The notes: generated from the letters alone by a model not told the origin. DNA of 63,402 bases, filler included, from Octopus bimaculoides (GCF_001194135.2; 5 parts of 5 records of this genome joined end to end with filler, not necessarily neighbours in it); one strand, 5' to 3'. Shown: positions 1-12,969, counted from the first letter of the whole stretch. Translations and numbers: made by a program.

Positions 1-55
<55 letters not shown>

Positions 56-56
56 C

Positions 57-90
<34 letters not shown>

Positions 91-151
91 GTACATATAT
101 ATATACATACATATATATATGTGTATATATAAATATATACATGTATATATT
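1..151. repeat. Compound microsatellite (CA)n/(TA)n
   Basis: Directly visible dinucleotide tracts. Confidence 0.95.
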
Positions 152-490
152 ATCATCATCATCATCATCATCATCATCGTTTAACGTCTGCTTTCCATGC
201 TAGCATGGGTTGGACGATTTGACTGAGGACTGGTGAAACCGGATGGCAACACCAGGCTCCAATCTGATTTGGCAGAGTTTCTACAGCTGGATGCCCTTCC
301 TAACGCCAACCACTCAGAGAGTGTAGTGGGTGCTTTTACGTGTCACCCACACGAAGGCCAGTCGGGCAGTACTGGCAACGGCCATGCTCAACATGGTGTA
401 TTTTATGTGCCACCCGCACAAGAGCCAGTCCAGGGGCACTGGCAACGATCTCGCTCGAAAATCCTATGAAGGCCAGTCAGGTGGGCCAGG
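152..490 (-). mobile_element. RTE-clade LINE, 5'-truncated 3' UTR copy with (GAT)n tail
   Basis: Near-identical to 4096-4400 and 24689-24984 (catcgtttaacgtctgctttccatgctagcatgggttggacg...). At 4096 the same sequence continues into an RTE RT. Confidence 0.85.
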
Positions 491-559
491 CAGGCCAATA
501 TACATGCACATATATATATACATATATATATACATACATACATATATATATTACATGTT

Positions 560-880
560 CAAAGTTACATCAGAAAACATTGTTCATGTTTTATAAAAAC
601 AAAGAATAGCTAACCAGGAAAATTCTTTCAGTGATAGAAACAAAAGAAATACATATGAACCTAAGTAAATCAATTTGGTTGCTGAAGAATAGTAACAAAG
701 TATATTCAATTGGCTGGGATATTATTAGAAAGGTTAATCCATATAATATAGTGGGTAAAAGATGTGATTTTTGTATTGAGGAAATGTACTAAATTTTCGT
801 TTCTAAATTTAATCTAATTAACACAAGACAAGAACATTGTTTAAGGAGTCTTCATGCAAAAAAATATACTTTTAAAATTC
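560..880 (+). mobile_element. Penelope-like element, decayed GIY-YIG endonuclease C-terminal part
   Basis: Frameshift-joined translation KQRIANQENSFSDRNKRN..LSKSIWLLKNSNKVYSIGWDIIRKVNPYNIVGKRCDFCIEE..NLINTRQE resembles the PLE motif LSKyIW..W.I...Y....C.LC..E. Confidence 0.7.
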
Positions 881-1389
881 AAATAAACGCATTACACTTA
901 ATATAGTAAGAAAAATTATAAATTATTAGAATAATAATTGTGAAAACAAAAAACAAATAATAAATCAAAATTAATTGAATATCTCTAAAAACTAAGAATA
1001 TTCTCCTTGAAATGAGTGGAATGGTAAACTTCTTGAAGTACTTATGAATCTGCAAAAACATTTAATCCAACCTTAATGTATTTTTAGGACTATATTTTGC
1101 AGAGAGAACAAGAAAGAGTGAGAGAGTAAAAAAAGACAGTGAGTAGTGATAGCACTAGTTTTGTGTTTTTAAACGTTTATCACATCGCAAGAAAAGTAGA
1201 TACATAGATACATACACACATTGTTAAATTAAAAGTGGGAGAAAGGAGGGACACAGAGGAAGTGAAAGAGAAAATCAGAGAGACAGTAGATACATAGATC
1301 AAAAGAAATGCTGATATATGGATACAAAGACACAGCAAATATTGGATGTCACTTTCATTTTTCATTACTACATGAGGATAAAATTAATT

Positions 1390-1530
1390 CACAAGTGGCT
1401 GAGTACTCCACAGACATGCATATCATTAATGTAGTTCACAAGGAGATTTAGCCTCACACAGAATATGACAAGACTGGCCCCTTTGAATTACAGCTACAAC
1501 TCATTTTGGCTAGCTGAGTGAACTGGAAGC
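1390..1530 (-). mobile_element. tRNA-derived SINE family B, internal fragment
   Basis: gtggctgagtactccacagac...gagatttagcctcacacagaatatgacaagactggcccctttgaattacag matches the copies at 35364-35756 and 55878-56269. Confidence 0.75.
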
Positions 1531-3229
1531 AAGAAAAATCTTCAAGTGGTTGGAAGAAAATGGAAAAAGATCCTATATAGGGGCAGGAAAACCTTTTTAG
1601 TCATTAGGGTCACTATAGGAGTTAATCCAGTCCTAACAGCAGCATTTATGGGTCTCACAGATGTGGAGGCCAAGCTCCCAGATAAACACCAATGCGCAGG
1701 TTGTTGTTATCAAACTGAGTGTGAGTTGAAGGCAAATACATGGCAGAATAACAATTATTTTGTCTTAGCTTTCATTGCTTATACTAAACACATGATATTT
1801 TTGCCTTACAATATGCCAGGAGTCCTTTAGAAGTGAGACAAGGAACTCAACTGAACAATCAGATATAGCAGAAAACGTCTGTTAAAGGGAGCCTGTTTAT
1901 TCAGCTAATCACAGATTGAAAACTTACGGTGTCATCTGAGCCTACTTGAGATCCAAAAGTGCATGTTTTAAACCAAAGCTAGTTCAGACATGTTACAGAG
2001 CCACCCCCGAAGAATAAACTGGTAGGTGAAATGAACAATACAAATGAAAGAAATGTAGCATGGAAGGAAGGGTAATGAAATAAGCATGACAGCACCATGC
2101 TTTGAGTGAGTAATGCAAAAATGCGTGAAAAAACTTTCATAACGCTGCCTGACTTCCAAATAGGTCGTACAAAAGTCTAAAGTTCAAAGAGAGATGAACC
2201 AAAGTCGCGTAGCCAGCAAAACTTGATGTGCAAGTGTCATGAACCAACGTCCAGCAAATGTAGAAATCACAGGGTGCAAAAAATCAAGGTACATGAGAGA
2301 AGGATGTTGGCTGCTGTGAGAATGGGCAGTACCAAGAATTTTTACCTGCAAAACAGTGAGTTGTTTGCAGTGGCAAAAGTTGTAGGTGCTAGAAAAGCAA
2401 CAGTGACTAATAGAAGCCGGGCAATAATCTCACAGAAGTGGCAAGGCAAGAAACTAGTGAAGCGAGTCAAGTCATGAAGGTGGTGGCAAAAGAAAGAAGT
2501 TTCAACATGCAAGAAATTTGGTGTTGATCAAGCACCAAAAGAAGAAAATGCATGGAATGCTAAGTGAAGCAAAGAAAAATGCATTCATAAGAGGTAGCTT
2601 GTGCGCCCTACAAACCAGCAAAGAAAATGCATAACAAAGCACGCAAACAGCTTTTTCCGGATGAGAAAAGGCTTGAGAAGACATTCTGCTAGAATAACCC
2701 CCATATGTTATATGTTGTGTAACATGTCATGATATGTCGAGTGAATGCATGAAATATAACCATATAGGCATATACAAACATAACATAACAAACAATGTAA
2801 CAGTGAAATAAATGCAAAGAAATATGCAGTAAAACAGAGTAAAAAAATGCAAACAGAACATAATGCAAAATGTGAAAAAATGGAATGCAACAAAAGATGC
2901 CAATGTCAGTGATTAAAAGTCTATACAATCTTTAAAAAAAAGTGAAAGAAAAAGAAAATCACAAGAAAGTTGTATATGCTATCTTTTGGTGGAAAAAGTT
3001 CTCCCTGCAATGAAAATGACGCAAAGATGAAGTTTTTGCAACAACACAATGGAGCATTCACAGTTTGGTTGATGACATCGGCAGTGGCAACTTGTCAACA
3101 CTGTGTCATTAATATAGCATGCTCTTTAATCAGGGGTCACCACTTTAACATGAAATTTTGCTATGTTGTTTGGAAACATGTGAAGAAAATACACTATCCA
3201 ATCCAAAGATAAAATACTATGAAAAATTG

Positions 3230-3900
3230 AAGTATATCAACTTGATTATAGCAGGGAGATAATAGCTTATTCAAAGTAGCTGCCCTCAGCTTCCACCTTG
3301 ACCTCAGGACAGCTCTAGAATCTGGCACATGCTATCTTCACTTGGTTCCTTGGAGGATCTTCAAACAGCTCCTTGATCCTAGCCACCAGCTAGGCTTTGG
3401 TGTTGAGTGGTTGGTATCTTTCTCAACCATGCCTCTGCATAGTAATCCATGGGATTACAATCTGGGAATTAGGAGACCAGAAATTGTTGTTGGTGAAATC
3501 ATAGAAATTCTCTGACAACCACTGATGACTTTTTCGGTGGTATAGCAAGGAAGCCAAATATTGCTGTTACACACATGGCCTTCTAGCAGTAACTCTCCCC
3601 AGCCAGGGTTTGACCACACTCTCTAGCAGTTTCATACATCCAGCTAGATTGAGCCAAATTCCCCGTTGAAGGATGTAGAGTGGCACAATGTCACCCTCAC
3701 AGGAGTCACACTCAAAGGCCATCATAATTTGTGGGGTACTTGGCTTCTGTGTTACATGAGGTGTATCCATGTCATGTCTTATAGCCTTTACAATGTTCAC
3801 AGAGCAATGGGCAGCAGTCATTATCTTAGCATTTTGATACATGGCACAAATCATCATGATACAAGTAACACCTTCCCAATATTCAGATGAATTCCAGTCC
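3230..3900 (-). mobile_element. Tc1/mariner superfamily (maT/DD37D-like) transposase relic, internally deleted
   Basis: Translation shows MAFECDSCEGDIVPLYI..KLLESVVKPWLGRVTARRPCV*QQ..KSHQWLSENFYDF..FWSPNS..NPMDY and terminal EGSYFE* (stop 3267-3269). An N-terminal HTH-like stretch is joined directly to the catalytic part. Confidence 0.75.
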
Positions 3901-4095
3901 TCCATGTTAGATAACATTTTCTCAACTACAACTTTAATCTTTATGCTCTCCAATGCCGTTGACTGTTCCTGAAAAAAGGAGGCATAAATTATCATGGCCT
4001 GAATACCAAAAATGTGTCTAACAACATCATATATATCATCAATAGATCATATATTCAGAAAAGACGCACTCTAAACATCAAACCAATAATATCTA

Positions 4096-7000
4096 ATCAT
4101 CATCATCATCATCGTTTAATGTCTGCCTTCCATGCTAGCATGGGTTGGACGATTTGACTGAGGACTGGCGAACCAGAAGGCTGCACCAAGCTCCAATCTC
4201 ATTTGGCAGAGTTTCTACAGCTGGATGCCCTTCCTAACGCCAACCACTCTGAGAGTGTAGTGGGTGCTTTTACATGCCACAAGCACGAGGTGCAGTCAGG
4301 CGGTACTGGCAACGGCCGCACTCAAAATGGTATTTTTCACGTGTCACCTGCACAGGAGCCAGTCCAGCGGCACTAGCAACAACCTCGCTTGAATGATTTT
4401 TCACGTGCCACCAGCACAGGTGCCAGTGAGGCGACGCTGGTAACAATCACGCTCAAATGGTGCTATTTACATGCCACTGGCATGGAAGCCAGACAGCTCT
4501 TAGCGCTTCACTGACACAGGTGCCAGTCATTGAATTTGGTTCAATCACGATTTTGGATCGATTTCATTTGCCTCAACAGGTCTTTACAAACAGAGTTTAG
4601 TGTCCAATGAAGGAAAGGTATGCATCAGTGGGCTGGCTACACCCCTGGTAGAGGCCTCAGATTATTGTTTCACTTGGCTTGCCAGGTCTTCTTACGCACT
4701 GTATATTTCCAAAGGTCTCGGTCACAAGTCATTGCCTCGGTGAGGCCTAATGTTCGGAGGTTGTGCTTCACCACCTCAGCCCAGGTCTCCCTGGGCCTAC
4801 CTCTTCCACAGGTTCCCTCAACCGCTAGGGTGTGGCACTTTTTCACACAGCTATCCTCATCCTTTCTCGCCACGTGACCATACCAGCACATTCGTCTCTC
4901 TTGCACACCACAACTGATGCTTCTTAGGCTCAACTTTTCTCTCAAGGTACTTACACTCTGTCAAGTATGCACACTGACATTACACATCGATTGGAGCATA
5001 CTGGCTTCATTCCTTGTGAGCTTACGCATATCCTCAGCAGTCACGGCCCATGTTTCACTGCCATTTAGCATNNNNNNNNNNACACATCGATTGGAGCATA
5101 CTGGCTTCATTCCTTGTGAGCTTACGCATATCCTCAGCAGTCACGGCCCATGTTTCACTGCCATTTAGCATGGCTGTTCAAACACATGCGTCATACAGTC
5201 TGCCTTTTACTCTGAGCGAGAGGCCCTTTGTCACCAGCAGAGGTAAGAGCTCTCTGAACTTTGCCTAGGCTATTCATATTCTAGCAGCTACACTTTCAGC
5301 ACACCCTCCCCCGCAACTAACTTGGTCACCTAAATAATGGAAGCTATCAACTACTTCTAGTTTTTCTCCCTGGAATGTGGCAGAAGTTGTTTTCTGCACA
5401 TTTTCAGTGTTTATTGTTCCTGAACATCTTGCCACATACAAAAACTAACTTCCTAGTTAGCCTTCCTTTGATATTGCTGCACCTCTTATGTATCCATAGC
5501 TTACACTGGGTACATCTAATAGAGTTTCTATATACGCCTTTTCTACAAATCGAGCAGGGCCATCTACCTGAAGAGTTTTGTGGTTGTCTGCCTTCCTACT
5601 TATTAGGACTTTGGTTTTAGCTAAGTTGACTCTAAGGCCTGTCGATTCTAATCCTTGTTTCCACACCTGAAACTTCTCCTCTAGTTCTGATAGTGACTCA
5701 GCAATTAGAGCAAGGTCGTCAGCATACAGGAGCTCCCAGGGGCATCCTCTCTTGAATTCCTTTGTTATTGCCTGGAGGACTATGATAAATAGGAGGGGGC
5801 TGAGGACTGAACCTTGGTGGACCCCAACCTTTGCCCGGAATTCTTCACTGTACTCGTTGCCAACCCTCACCTTACTGACAACATCCCTGTACATGGCTTG
5901 CACAGCTCTCACTAACCATTCATCTATCCCTAGTTTCCTAATTGACCACCAGATAAGGCAACGGGGGACCCTGTCAAAGGCTTTCTCCATGTCAACGAAA
6001 GCCAGGTATAGAGGTTTATCTTTGGCTAGGTATTTCTCCTGCAGCTGTCTTACCAGAAATATAGCACCAGTGATGCTTTTCCCTGGCACAAACCCAAACT
6101 GCATCTCATCTAAACTGACTCTCTCCCTAATTAGTTGGGCTATGACCCTCTACGTGACTTTCATTACCTGATCCAACAACTTGATACCTTTGTAATTATT
6201 TGTATCTAAAGTGTCACCTTTACCTTTGTAGCAATTGACTATGGTGCTGCTACACCAGTCATTGGGTATGACTCCGTGTATCACCTGGTTAACTATACGG
6301 GTGACTAGGCTATCGCCCACACTGCCAGATATTTTGAGCATCTCTGCAGTGATTCCTGATGGCCTGGGGGCTTTCTTTGTCTTCATACTCTTAACTGCTT
6401 TATCTACCATGGTACTGTCAACTCGAATAGCTAGTCCCTCTATTGGGTCGACATTCGGCAGACTCTCTTTCTCCCATTCATTCTCTTTATTGAGCAACCT
6501 TTCATAGTGGCATTTCCAAACCCCTCTCTTTGCAGCCTTGTTTAGCGCAAGTGAACCATCATCCATGCGGACACATTTCTCTCCTACATCACAATTATCT
6601 CTCACACACTGTCTTGCAACATGAAATACCTCAAGTCTTTGGTCCTCATGGCACAGAACATTGGCAATTTTTTTCTTATCTGCTTCCCCTCTGGCTAAAT
6701 AAGTCTGTCACCTAGCTTCACTTCTGGCAGTCTGATACAATTTCCTGCTACCACCCTTCTTCCAGTTCTTCCAAGCCTGTTCCTTTTGTCTAATAGCCCT
6801 GTCAACAACATTATTCCACCACCACGTTATTTTGGGTCAAGTGGGGACTTTGCACCATCCACAGATCTGGTCAGTGGCCCTCAGCAGGTTGTCTCGTAGA
6901 AACCTCCAGCTGTCTTCTATATCGTGTGAAGCTATATCACCTTCTGTTTCATCAAAGGCTTCAAGTAATAAGTCTCTAAATCTCTGTCCATTCGCAGGAT

Positions 7001-7900
7001 CTTTAAGCTTCCAGACCCTTCTCCTCCATGCTGGTCGTCTTCAGAGCAGCCATTTAGGTCTGATCCTGAAGTCACTAACCACTAGTCTATGTTGTGGGGT
7101 ACATTCTTCGCCTGGGAAAGTTTTGGCATTTATAAGCAGCCATCTTCCCCTTTTTCCTGGCAAGGATGTAGTCAACTTGGCTAGTGTGTCTGCCAGAACG
7201 GTAGGTGACTAGGTGACTGGCAGGTTTTCTGAAGTTAGTATTGCAAACCATCAGGTCATTTGCATTTCAGAACTCCAGCAGCCTGATTCCCTCCTCATTG
7301 CGGGAACCAAAACCATAACCTGCATGTATGTCATGGAAGCCCCCTGTATGTTGTCCAACATGTCCATTGAAGTCACCAGCCACAAAGAGAAGGTCTCTGT
7401 CATTCGTCAATGAGGTTGTCTGCAAGAGGGTGTCATAAAATCGGTCTTTCTGTTCATCGGGTAGCCCTGGCTGAGGGGCATAGGCCGAGATAATGGTTGC
7501 TAACCAATGATGAAGGACTAATCTAATCTTAAGTATTCTATCGCATACTCTGACCACCCATTTCTCTGCAAGAAGTATACCCATGCACCTGACCCCGTCT
7601 GAGTTCCCTGCCCAGAAAATCTTGTATCTGTGTTCTTTGCCTGTGAGGAACCTAGCCTAGCCTCCTCTCCACCTTACTTCTTGGAGGCAGCAAATATCAA
7701 CACATCTCCATTCAAGCATCTCAACAATCTCACCAGACCTACCTTTCAGTGTGCCAACGTTGAGAGTGCCAACCCTGAGGGCGTGGGAGGTATGGGCCCG
7801 TGAGACCCTGGGATGGGGGACAGCATTGTCATGTACCTGTAAAGAAAGCTCGCATTTGGCAGAATTCATAAACAAGCAGTAGCCTTCAACCTGCATACAC
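4096..7900 (-). mobile_element. Near-full-length RTE-clade LINE (APE endonuclease + reverse transcriptase), disrupted by stops and frameshifts
   Basis: APE motifs LRVGTLNVGTL, CCLQEVRW, ISAYAPQ, VAGDFNGHVG. RT motifs QFGF, LAFVDMEKAFDRV, GVHQGSVLSPLLF, LLYADDL, GLRVNLAKTK. RTE C-terminus WYGHVAR..GRGRPRETW, 3' UTR and (GAT)n tail. Confidence 0.95.
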
Positions 7901-8031
7901 TACACCATCATTTTTATGCACTATATGATCACTACCTTACATAGAAGGAGATAAACTCTAAAGTAGGGGTGGGAGTGGCGTGAAGCCTTTAGAAGTGTTC
8001 ATGGGAGACAGTCCAAGGATGGGAGAGGACA

Positions 8032-8112
8032 GGAGCTTCCGGAACTGGTGGAAAGGATAGGAACTTCCGTTACTGGTGGAGAGGATTGGAACTTCCGGTA
8101 CTGGTGGAGGGG
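8032..8112. repeat. 28-bp tandem repeat, about 3 copies (GGAACTTCCGGTACTGGTGGAGAGGAT-like)
   Basis: Units start at 8032, 8060 and 8088. Confidence 0.85.
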
Positions 8113-8174
8113 TGGGAGGGTGGTTGCACCACAGGCATACTGAAGCAGGGGTATTAAGATAGAGTAGGGGAATT

Positions 8175-8905
8175 GGGGTGCATGCGTTAGTTTACAGTCC
8201 TGGCGAAGCGAGAGGTAATCAAAAGAGGGAGAGGGAGAGAGAGAGAGACAGAGTAAGGGTTAGGGTTAGGGTTAATGGCCAGAACACGAGAGAGATATGC
8301 TTTTGGGATTTGGATAGTATAGTTTAACAAGACAGCAAATGTTGATAAAAGTAATATAGATTTGAAAAATCTGAGTTTTCGGTCAGCTAAACTAAGACAG
8401 AGTTATAGAAATAAATGATTGTGTGATAAACTTGAATAAACTTGAATAACTGAATGAATTTGACGACATGGTAATGAAATGGACAAAATAGTGAAAGCAC
8501 TAAGTAATGTGTTATGAATCATAAATAGAAGGGTATGAACGAAGTTGAAAAGACAGAAAAACTTATCTGGACATCATTCTGAGAGGATTCGTATTCTTCA
8601 GCAGAGATTCTAAGATCAAGTGGGGGAATCGGGGTGTGTGCGTTAGTTTATAGTCCTGGTGAAGTGAGAGGTAATCGAAAGAGGGAGAGGGAGATTGAGA
8701 GGTCTAGAGAGAGAGAGGTCTAGAGAGAGAGAGGTCTAGAGAGAGAGAGGTCTAGAGAGAGAGAGGTCTAGAGAGAGAGAGATCTAGAGAGAGAGGTCTA
8801 GAGAGAGAGAGAGAGGTCTAGAGAGAGAGAGAGAGAGGTCTAGAGATAGAGAGGTTTAGAGAGACAGAGTATGGGTTAGGGTTACTGGCCAGAACACAAG
8901 GGAGA
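8175..8905. repeat. Direct repeat pair (8175-8300 and 8631-8905); second copy holds an expanded ~16-bp GAGGTCTAGAGAGAGA minisatellite
   Basis: Shared gcgttagttta(c/t)agtcctgg(c/t)gaag(c/t)gagaggtaatc...gagacagagta..ggttagggtta.tggccagaacac. Confidence 0.8.
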
Positions 8906-9101
8906 TATATATATATAGGAAGTTAATTACATGGCCGGTTACAGAGTGACTAACTGCATCCATAAGTGCTTAGCCTTATAGATGGCTTGTTGGACTCTAA
9001 TAGCCACAGACATATAACCACTTTATGGATGTGAAACCATGGGTCACTCTATGACTGGCCATATAATTAACCTCCAATACCTAAAACAATAATAATAAAG
9101 A

Positions 9102-9603
9102 TGGTATAAAAGATGGGCAACAGCAAATATTTTGCTCAATACCACAAATTTGATTGTCAGTTGTTTGATCTTAAGCAGTTGAGTATGTCCCTTGGTGGCT
9201 GACAGTATGTGCATCACTGATCACACACAGGAGTAGTGGGGAAGCATCAAAGCCATGCGTTGAGAGGAATTCTTTGGGATTTGAATAATTCACCTCTGGA
9301 AACATGGGTGTTTCGTTCAATATCCTTAACCATTATTCAGGGATCTTTTAAGCAGGATGGGCTACTCAATATGTACTGTTTATCTTGATATGGGATCACC
9401 ATGCTGCGTACATATAACTGTGATGCATGTGCCTGGTGTACCTTTATCAGACAAGTAGTCATCATGAGTATGCTGGGCTTTGTATATTTGTATCCCAGCA
9501 TCACCTTGCTGCTCTCTCACATAATAATGATAATAATAATAATAATAATAATAATGATAATAATAATAATAATAATAATTATAATAATAATAATAATAAT
9601 AAT
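9102..9603 (+). mobile_element. Repeat family X, 5'-truncated copy ending in (AAT)n; probable LINE 3' UTR
   Basis: Homologous to 12401-12960. Preceded by (AAT)3 at 9088-9098 and followed by a long (AAT)n at 9521-9603. Confidence 0.7.
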
Positions 9604-10956
9604 TAATTCGTTTTATTGGCCACAAGGGCTAATATCAATTAAAAACATATAAGGACAAAGACAGGACGAAGGTTACAAAAGGTTTTGTCCGAAAAGGTAG
9701 GAAAGTTTGTCTAAACAGAGGAAGAAGATGGAGAAAGATATAATAAATAAATAGATAAATAAATAAGTAGAACTCCCAAAGGGGGAGGCACTTCGAAAAA
9801 GGAAAGGTTANNNNNNNNNNNNNNNNNNNNNNNNNNNNNNNNNNNNNNNNNNNNNNNNNNNNNNNNNNNNNNNNNNNNNNNNNNNNNNNNNNNNNNNNNN
9901 NNNNNNNNNNNNNNNNNNNNNNNNNNNNNNNNNNNNNNNNNNNNNNNNNNNNNNNNNNNNNNNNNNNNNNNNNNNNNNNNNNNNNNNNNNNNNNNNNNNN
10001 NNNNNNNNNNNNNNNNNNNNNNNNNNNNNNNNNNNNNNNNNNNNNNNNNNNNNNNNNNNNNNNNNNNNNNNNNNNNNNNNNNNNNNNNNNNNNNNNNNNN
10101 NNNNNNNNNNNNNNNNNNNNNNNNNNNNNNNNNNNNNNNNNNNNNNNNNNNNNNNNNNNNNNNNNNNNNNNNNNNNNNNNNNNNNNNNNNNNNNNNNNNN
10201 NNNNNNNNNNNNNNNNNNNNNNNNNNNNNNNNNNNNNNNNNNNNNNNNNNNNNNNNNNNNNNNNNNNNNNNNNNNNNNNNNNNNNNNNNNNNNNNNNNNN
10301 NNNNNNNNNNNNNNNNNNNNNNNNNNNNNNNNNNNNNNNNNNNNNNNNNNNNNNNNNNNNNNNNNNNNNNNNNNNNNNNNNNNNNNNNNNNNNNNNNNNN
10401 NNNNNNNNNNNNNNNNNNNNNNNNNNNNNNNNNNNNNNNNNNNNNNNNNNNNNNNNNNNNNNNNNNNNNNNNNNNNNNNNNNNNNNNNNNNNNNNNNNNN
10501 NNNNNNNNNNNNNNNNNNNNNNNNNNNNNNNNNNNNNNNNNNNNNNNNNNNNNNNNNNNNNNNNNNNNNNNNNNNNNNNNNNNNNNNNNNNNNNNNNNNN
10601 NNNNNNNNNNNNNNNNNNNNNNNNNNNNNNNNNNNNNNNNNNNNNNNNNNNNNNNNNNNNNNNNNNNNNNNNNNNNNNNNNNNNNNNGCCAAGCGCCGTT
10701 TCTCGGTCTACGTTTGATCCAGGATTGCAGCTCTGTTAAAGAAACGAGCTGCGGAAAATCGCGTCTGACGAAAGGCAACCACACCTGTTCACCGTCCACG
10801 AAACGCTTGAGATGTCGTAGCCTGAGCACATGTTTGCGCATCAGCAACCACGGCATGCCAAGGCCTCCGTTCAGCGGCTGTTGACAGCAGATGGAGCGCC
10901 TGACCAGTGGTACCTGACCCTTCCACAAAAAGTTGAAGAGCAAGCGTACTATCTTG
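9604..10956 (-). mobile_element. Tx1/L1-like LINE, 5'-truncated ORF2 C-terminal region plus 3' UTR (spans N gap 9811-10687)
   Basis: LLFNFLWKGQVPLVRRSICCQQPLNGGLGMP is a typical L1/Tx1 post-RT motif. The 3' end has AATAAA then (ATT)n. Linkage across the gap is inferred. Confidence 0.75.
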
Positions 10957-10969
10957 AATAATAATAATA

Positions 10970-12316
10970 CAGAAGGCATATGGTTGCCAAGTGGTGAAAT
11001 GATGAAGGCAATTCAACCTCAGTCCAGCTATAAATACCTGGGAATGCTTGAGTCAGATGGAATCAAACACCATGACATGAAAGAAAAGACAAAAAAAGAG
11101 TACCAGCAGTGAGTGAGAAAAATATTGGCTTCAAAGCTGAATGTCAGAAACATAATTTCAGCAATGAACTCAAGCACAGTCACAATGGTTCGGTATGGCA
11201 CTGGAATCCTGAAGTGGACAGAGGAGCTAAAGGAGATGGGCAGGAAGTCAAGAAAGCTCCTAACGATGCATGGAGCCCATCATCCTCATACAGACACTGA
11301 TCACTTATACATGAAGAGAGCAAGTGGAGGATAAGCATGAAAGACTCTGTGTATCGAACTCAAGAGCTTAATGAGATACCTAGTCCAAAGTAAGGAAACC
11401 TTACTAGTGACAGTCGGGAACAAGGGAGTATTGAGAGCAGAGAAAAAAGGGAAAACAAAGGAAGAAGTACAAAAAGGACATGAAGAATAATTACACAAGA
11501 AGGGACTACACAATCAATTCCATGTAGGCACAGCAGAAGTTGCTGGAAAAAATAGGTGGGATTGGTTGATGAAAGGAACCCTAAAAAAAGAGACTGAAAG
11601 CACTATACTAGTAGTGCAAGCTTTGGCCAGGAACTGGAGGGTCAACCTTAGTAATGAGTAAGTGTCTCCATTGTGCTACATCTGCACTAGAGTGGATGAA
11701 ACCATTGCCCATATCATGAACGAATGCCCTACACTTGCCCAGAACCACTATAAGGTGTGGCAACACGACCAGGTAGTGAAAGTGCTCCATTGGAAACTGT
11801 GCAAAAAGTGGGGGCTAGAGAGAGGCAAAATGTGGTATGAGCACGAACCACAGAGAGTGGCAAAGTCGGAGACTAGTAAAATCCTCTGGGATTTCCCAAT
11901 GCAAATAGATCATGTGCTTGAGCATAACAAACTGGTCCTAGTGGTGGTGGACAAGGTGCACTACATATGTTATATAGCTGATGTTACATACCCCTTTGAC
12001 TTATGATTAGTCAAGAAGGAAAGCAAGAGGGTTGATAGATACAACCCTCTTAAGTACAAAACAGCCTGTCTCTGGAAAATGAAGAAGGTGAAGCTAGTGC
12101 CAATTATTGGTGGGTCCTTGGGAACAGTATCAGAAGGCATTAAGAGGAATATAAAGGAAACTGGAATAGAATGTCCAGCAGAACTGTTACAAAAGGTTTG
12201 CCTCCTTGGCATGGCAATAATAGTCAAGAAAGTATTAGATAGTTGAAAAGAGAGAGTAGCAGGATACCATAGGCCTGCTTTGCATGCAAGATTCTAGGAA
12301 CCCCAACAAAACCTGT
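10970..12316 (+). mobile_element. R4/Dong-like LINE (family B), 5'-truncated, decayed RT C-terminus + CCHC + restriction-like endonuclease
   Basis: YKYLGMLESDGIK, RKILASKLN, HHPHTDTDHLYMKR.SGG, CYICTRVDETIAHIMNECP..HDQV, KILWDF..D, LQKVCLLG. Confidence 0.85.
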
Positions 12317-12400
12317 GGTGGTGGTGTTGGTGGTGGTGTTGGTGATGGTGGTGGTGGTGATGATGATGATGATGATGATGAATGATGATGATGATGATGA
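12317..12400. repeat. (GGT)n/(GAT)n microsatellite
   Basis: Directly visible. Confidence 0.9.
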
Positions 12401-12969
12401 ATGCCCTGATGCAGAACCAGGCAGTGGCTTTCATGGCTTCTGATCTTAATTGATTGGAAGTGTTATCATGTACGTTGTTTTGTCTTGGTATAAAAGATGG
12501 GCTACAGCAAATATTCTGCTTAATACCACAGATTTGCTTGTCAGTTGTTTGACCTTAACCAGTTGAGCATGTCCCTTGGTGGCTGACGATAAGTGCATCT
12601 CTGATCACGAGCAGAAGTAGTGGGAGAGCATCATAGCCATGTGTTGAGAGGAGTTCTTTGGGATTTGAATAATTCACCTTTGGAAACATGGGTGTTTTGC
12701 TCAACATCCTTAAACAAACCTTATTCAGGGACCTTTTGAGCGGGATGGGCTACTCGACCTGAAAAAAATTCTAACTGGGCCCCACCTGCGAGGTCATGCG
12801 CTGTTTATCTTGGTATGAGATCACCATGTCACGCACATATGGTTGTGATGCATGTGTCTGGTGTAGTCATGATAGGTATATTGGGATTTGTATATTTTAC
12901 CCCAGTGTCACTTTGATGGCGTGCACTGCTCTCTCACTCAATAATAATAATAAGAATAATGATGATGAT
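12401..12969 (+). mobile_element. Repeat family X, longer copy ending in (AAT)n
   Basis: Aligns by eye with 9102-9520. Both end ...gctctctcac(tca)ataataat. Confidence 0.7.

Noticed and set aside
2150-2700. Unique-looking purine-rich region with short ORFs
   Set aside because: No recognisable domain or splice structure; probably an old repeat I cannot classify.
4982-5171. Perfect 90-bp tandem duplication inside the RTE
   Set aside because: The two identical copies flank a 10-N gap (5072-5081), typical of an unmerged contig overlap.
8254-8274. Telomeric TTAGGG repeats
   Set aside because: Only about three hexamers embedded in a dispersed direct repeat; no evidence for a telomere fusion.
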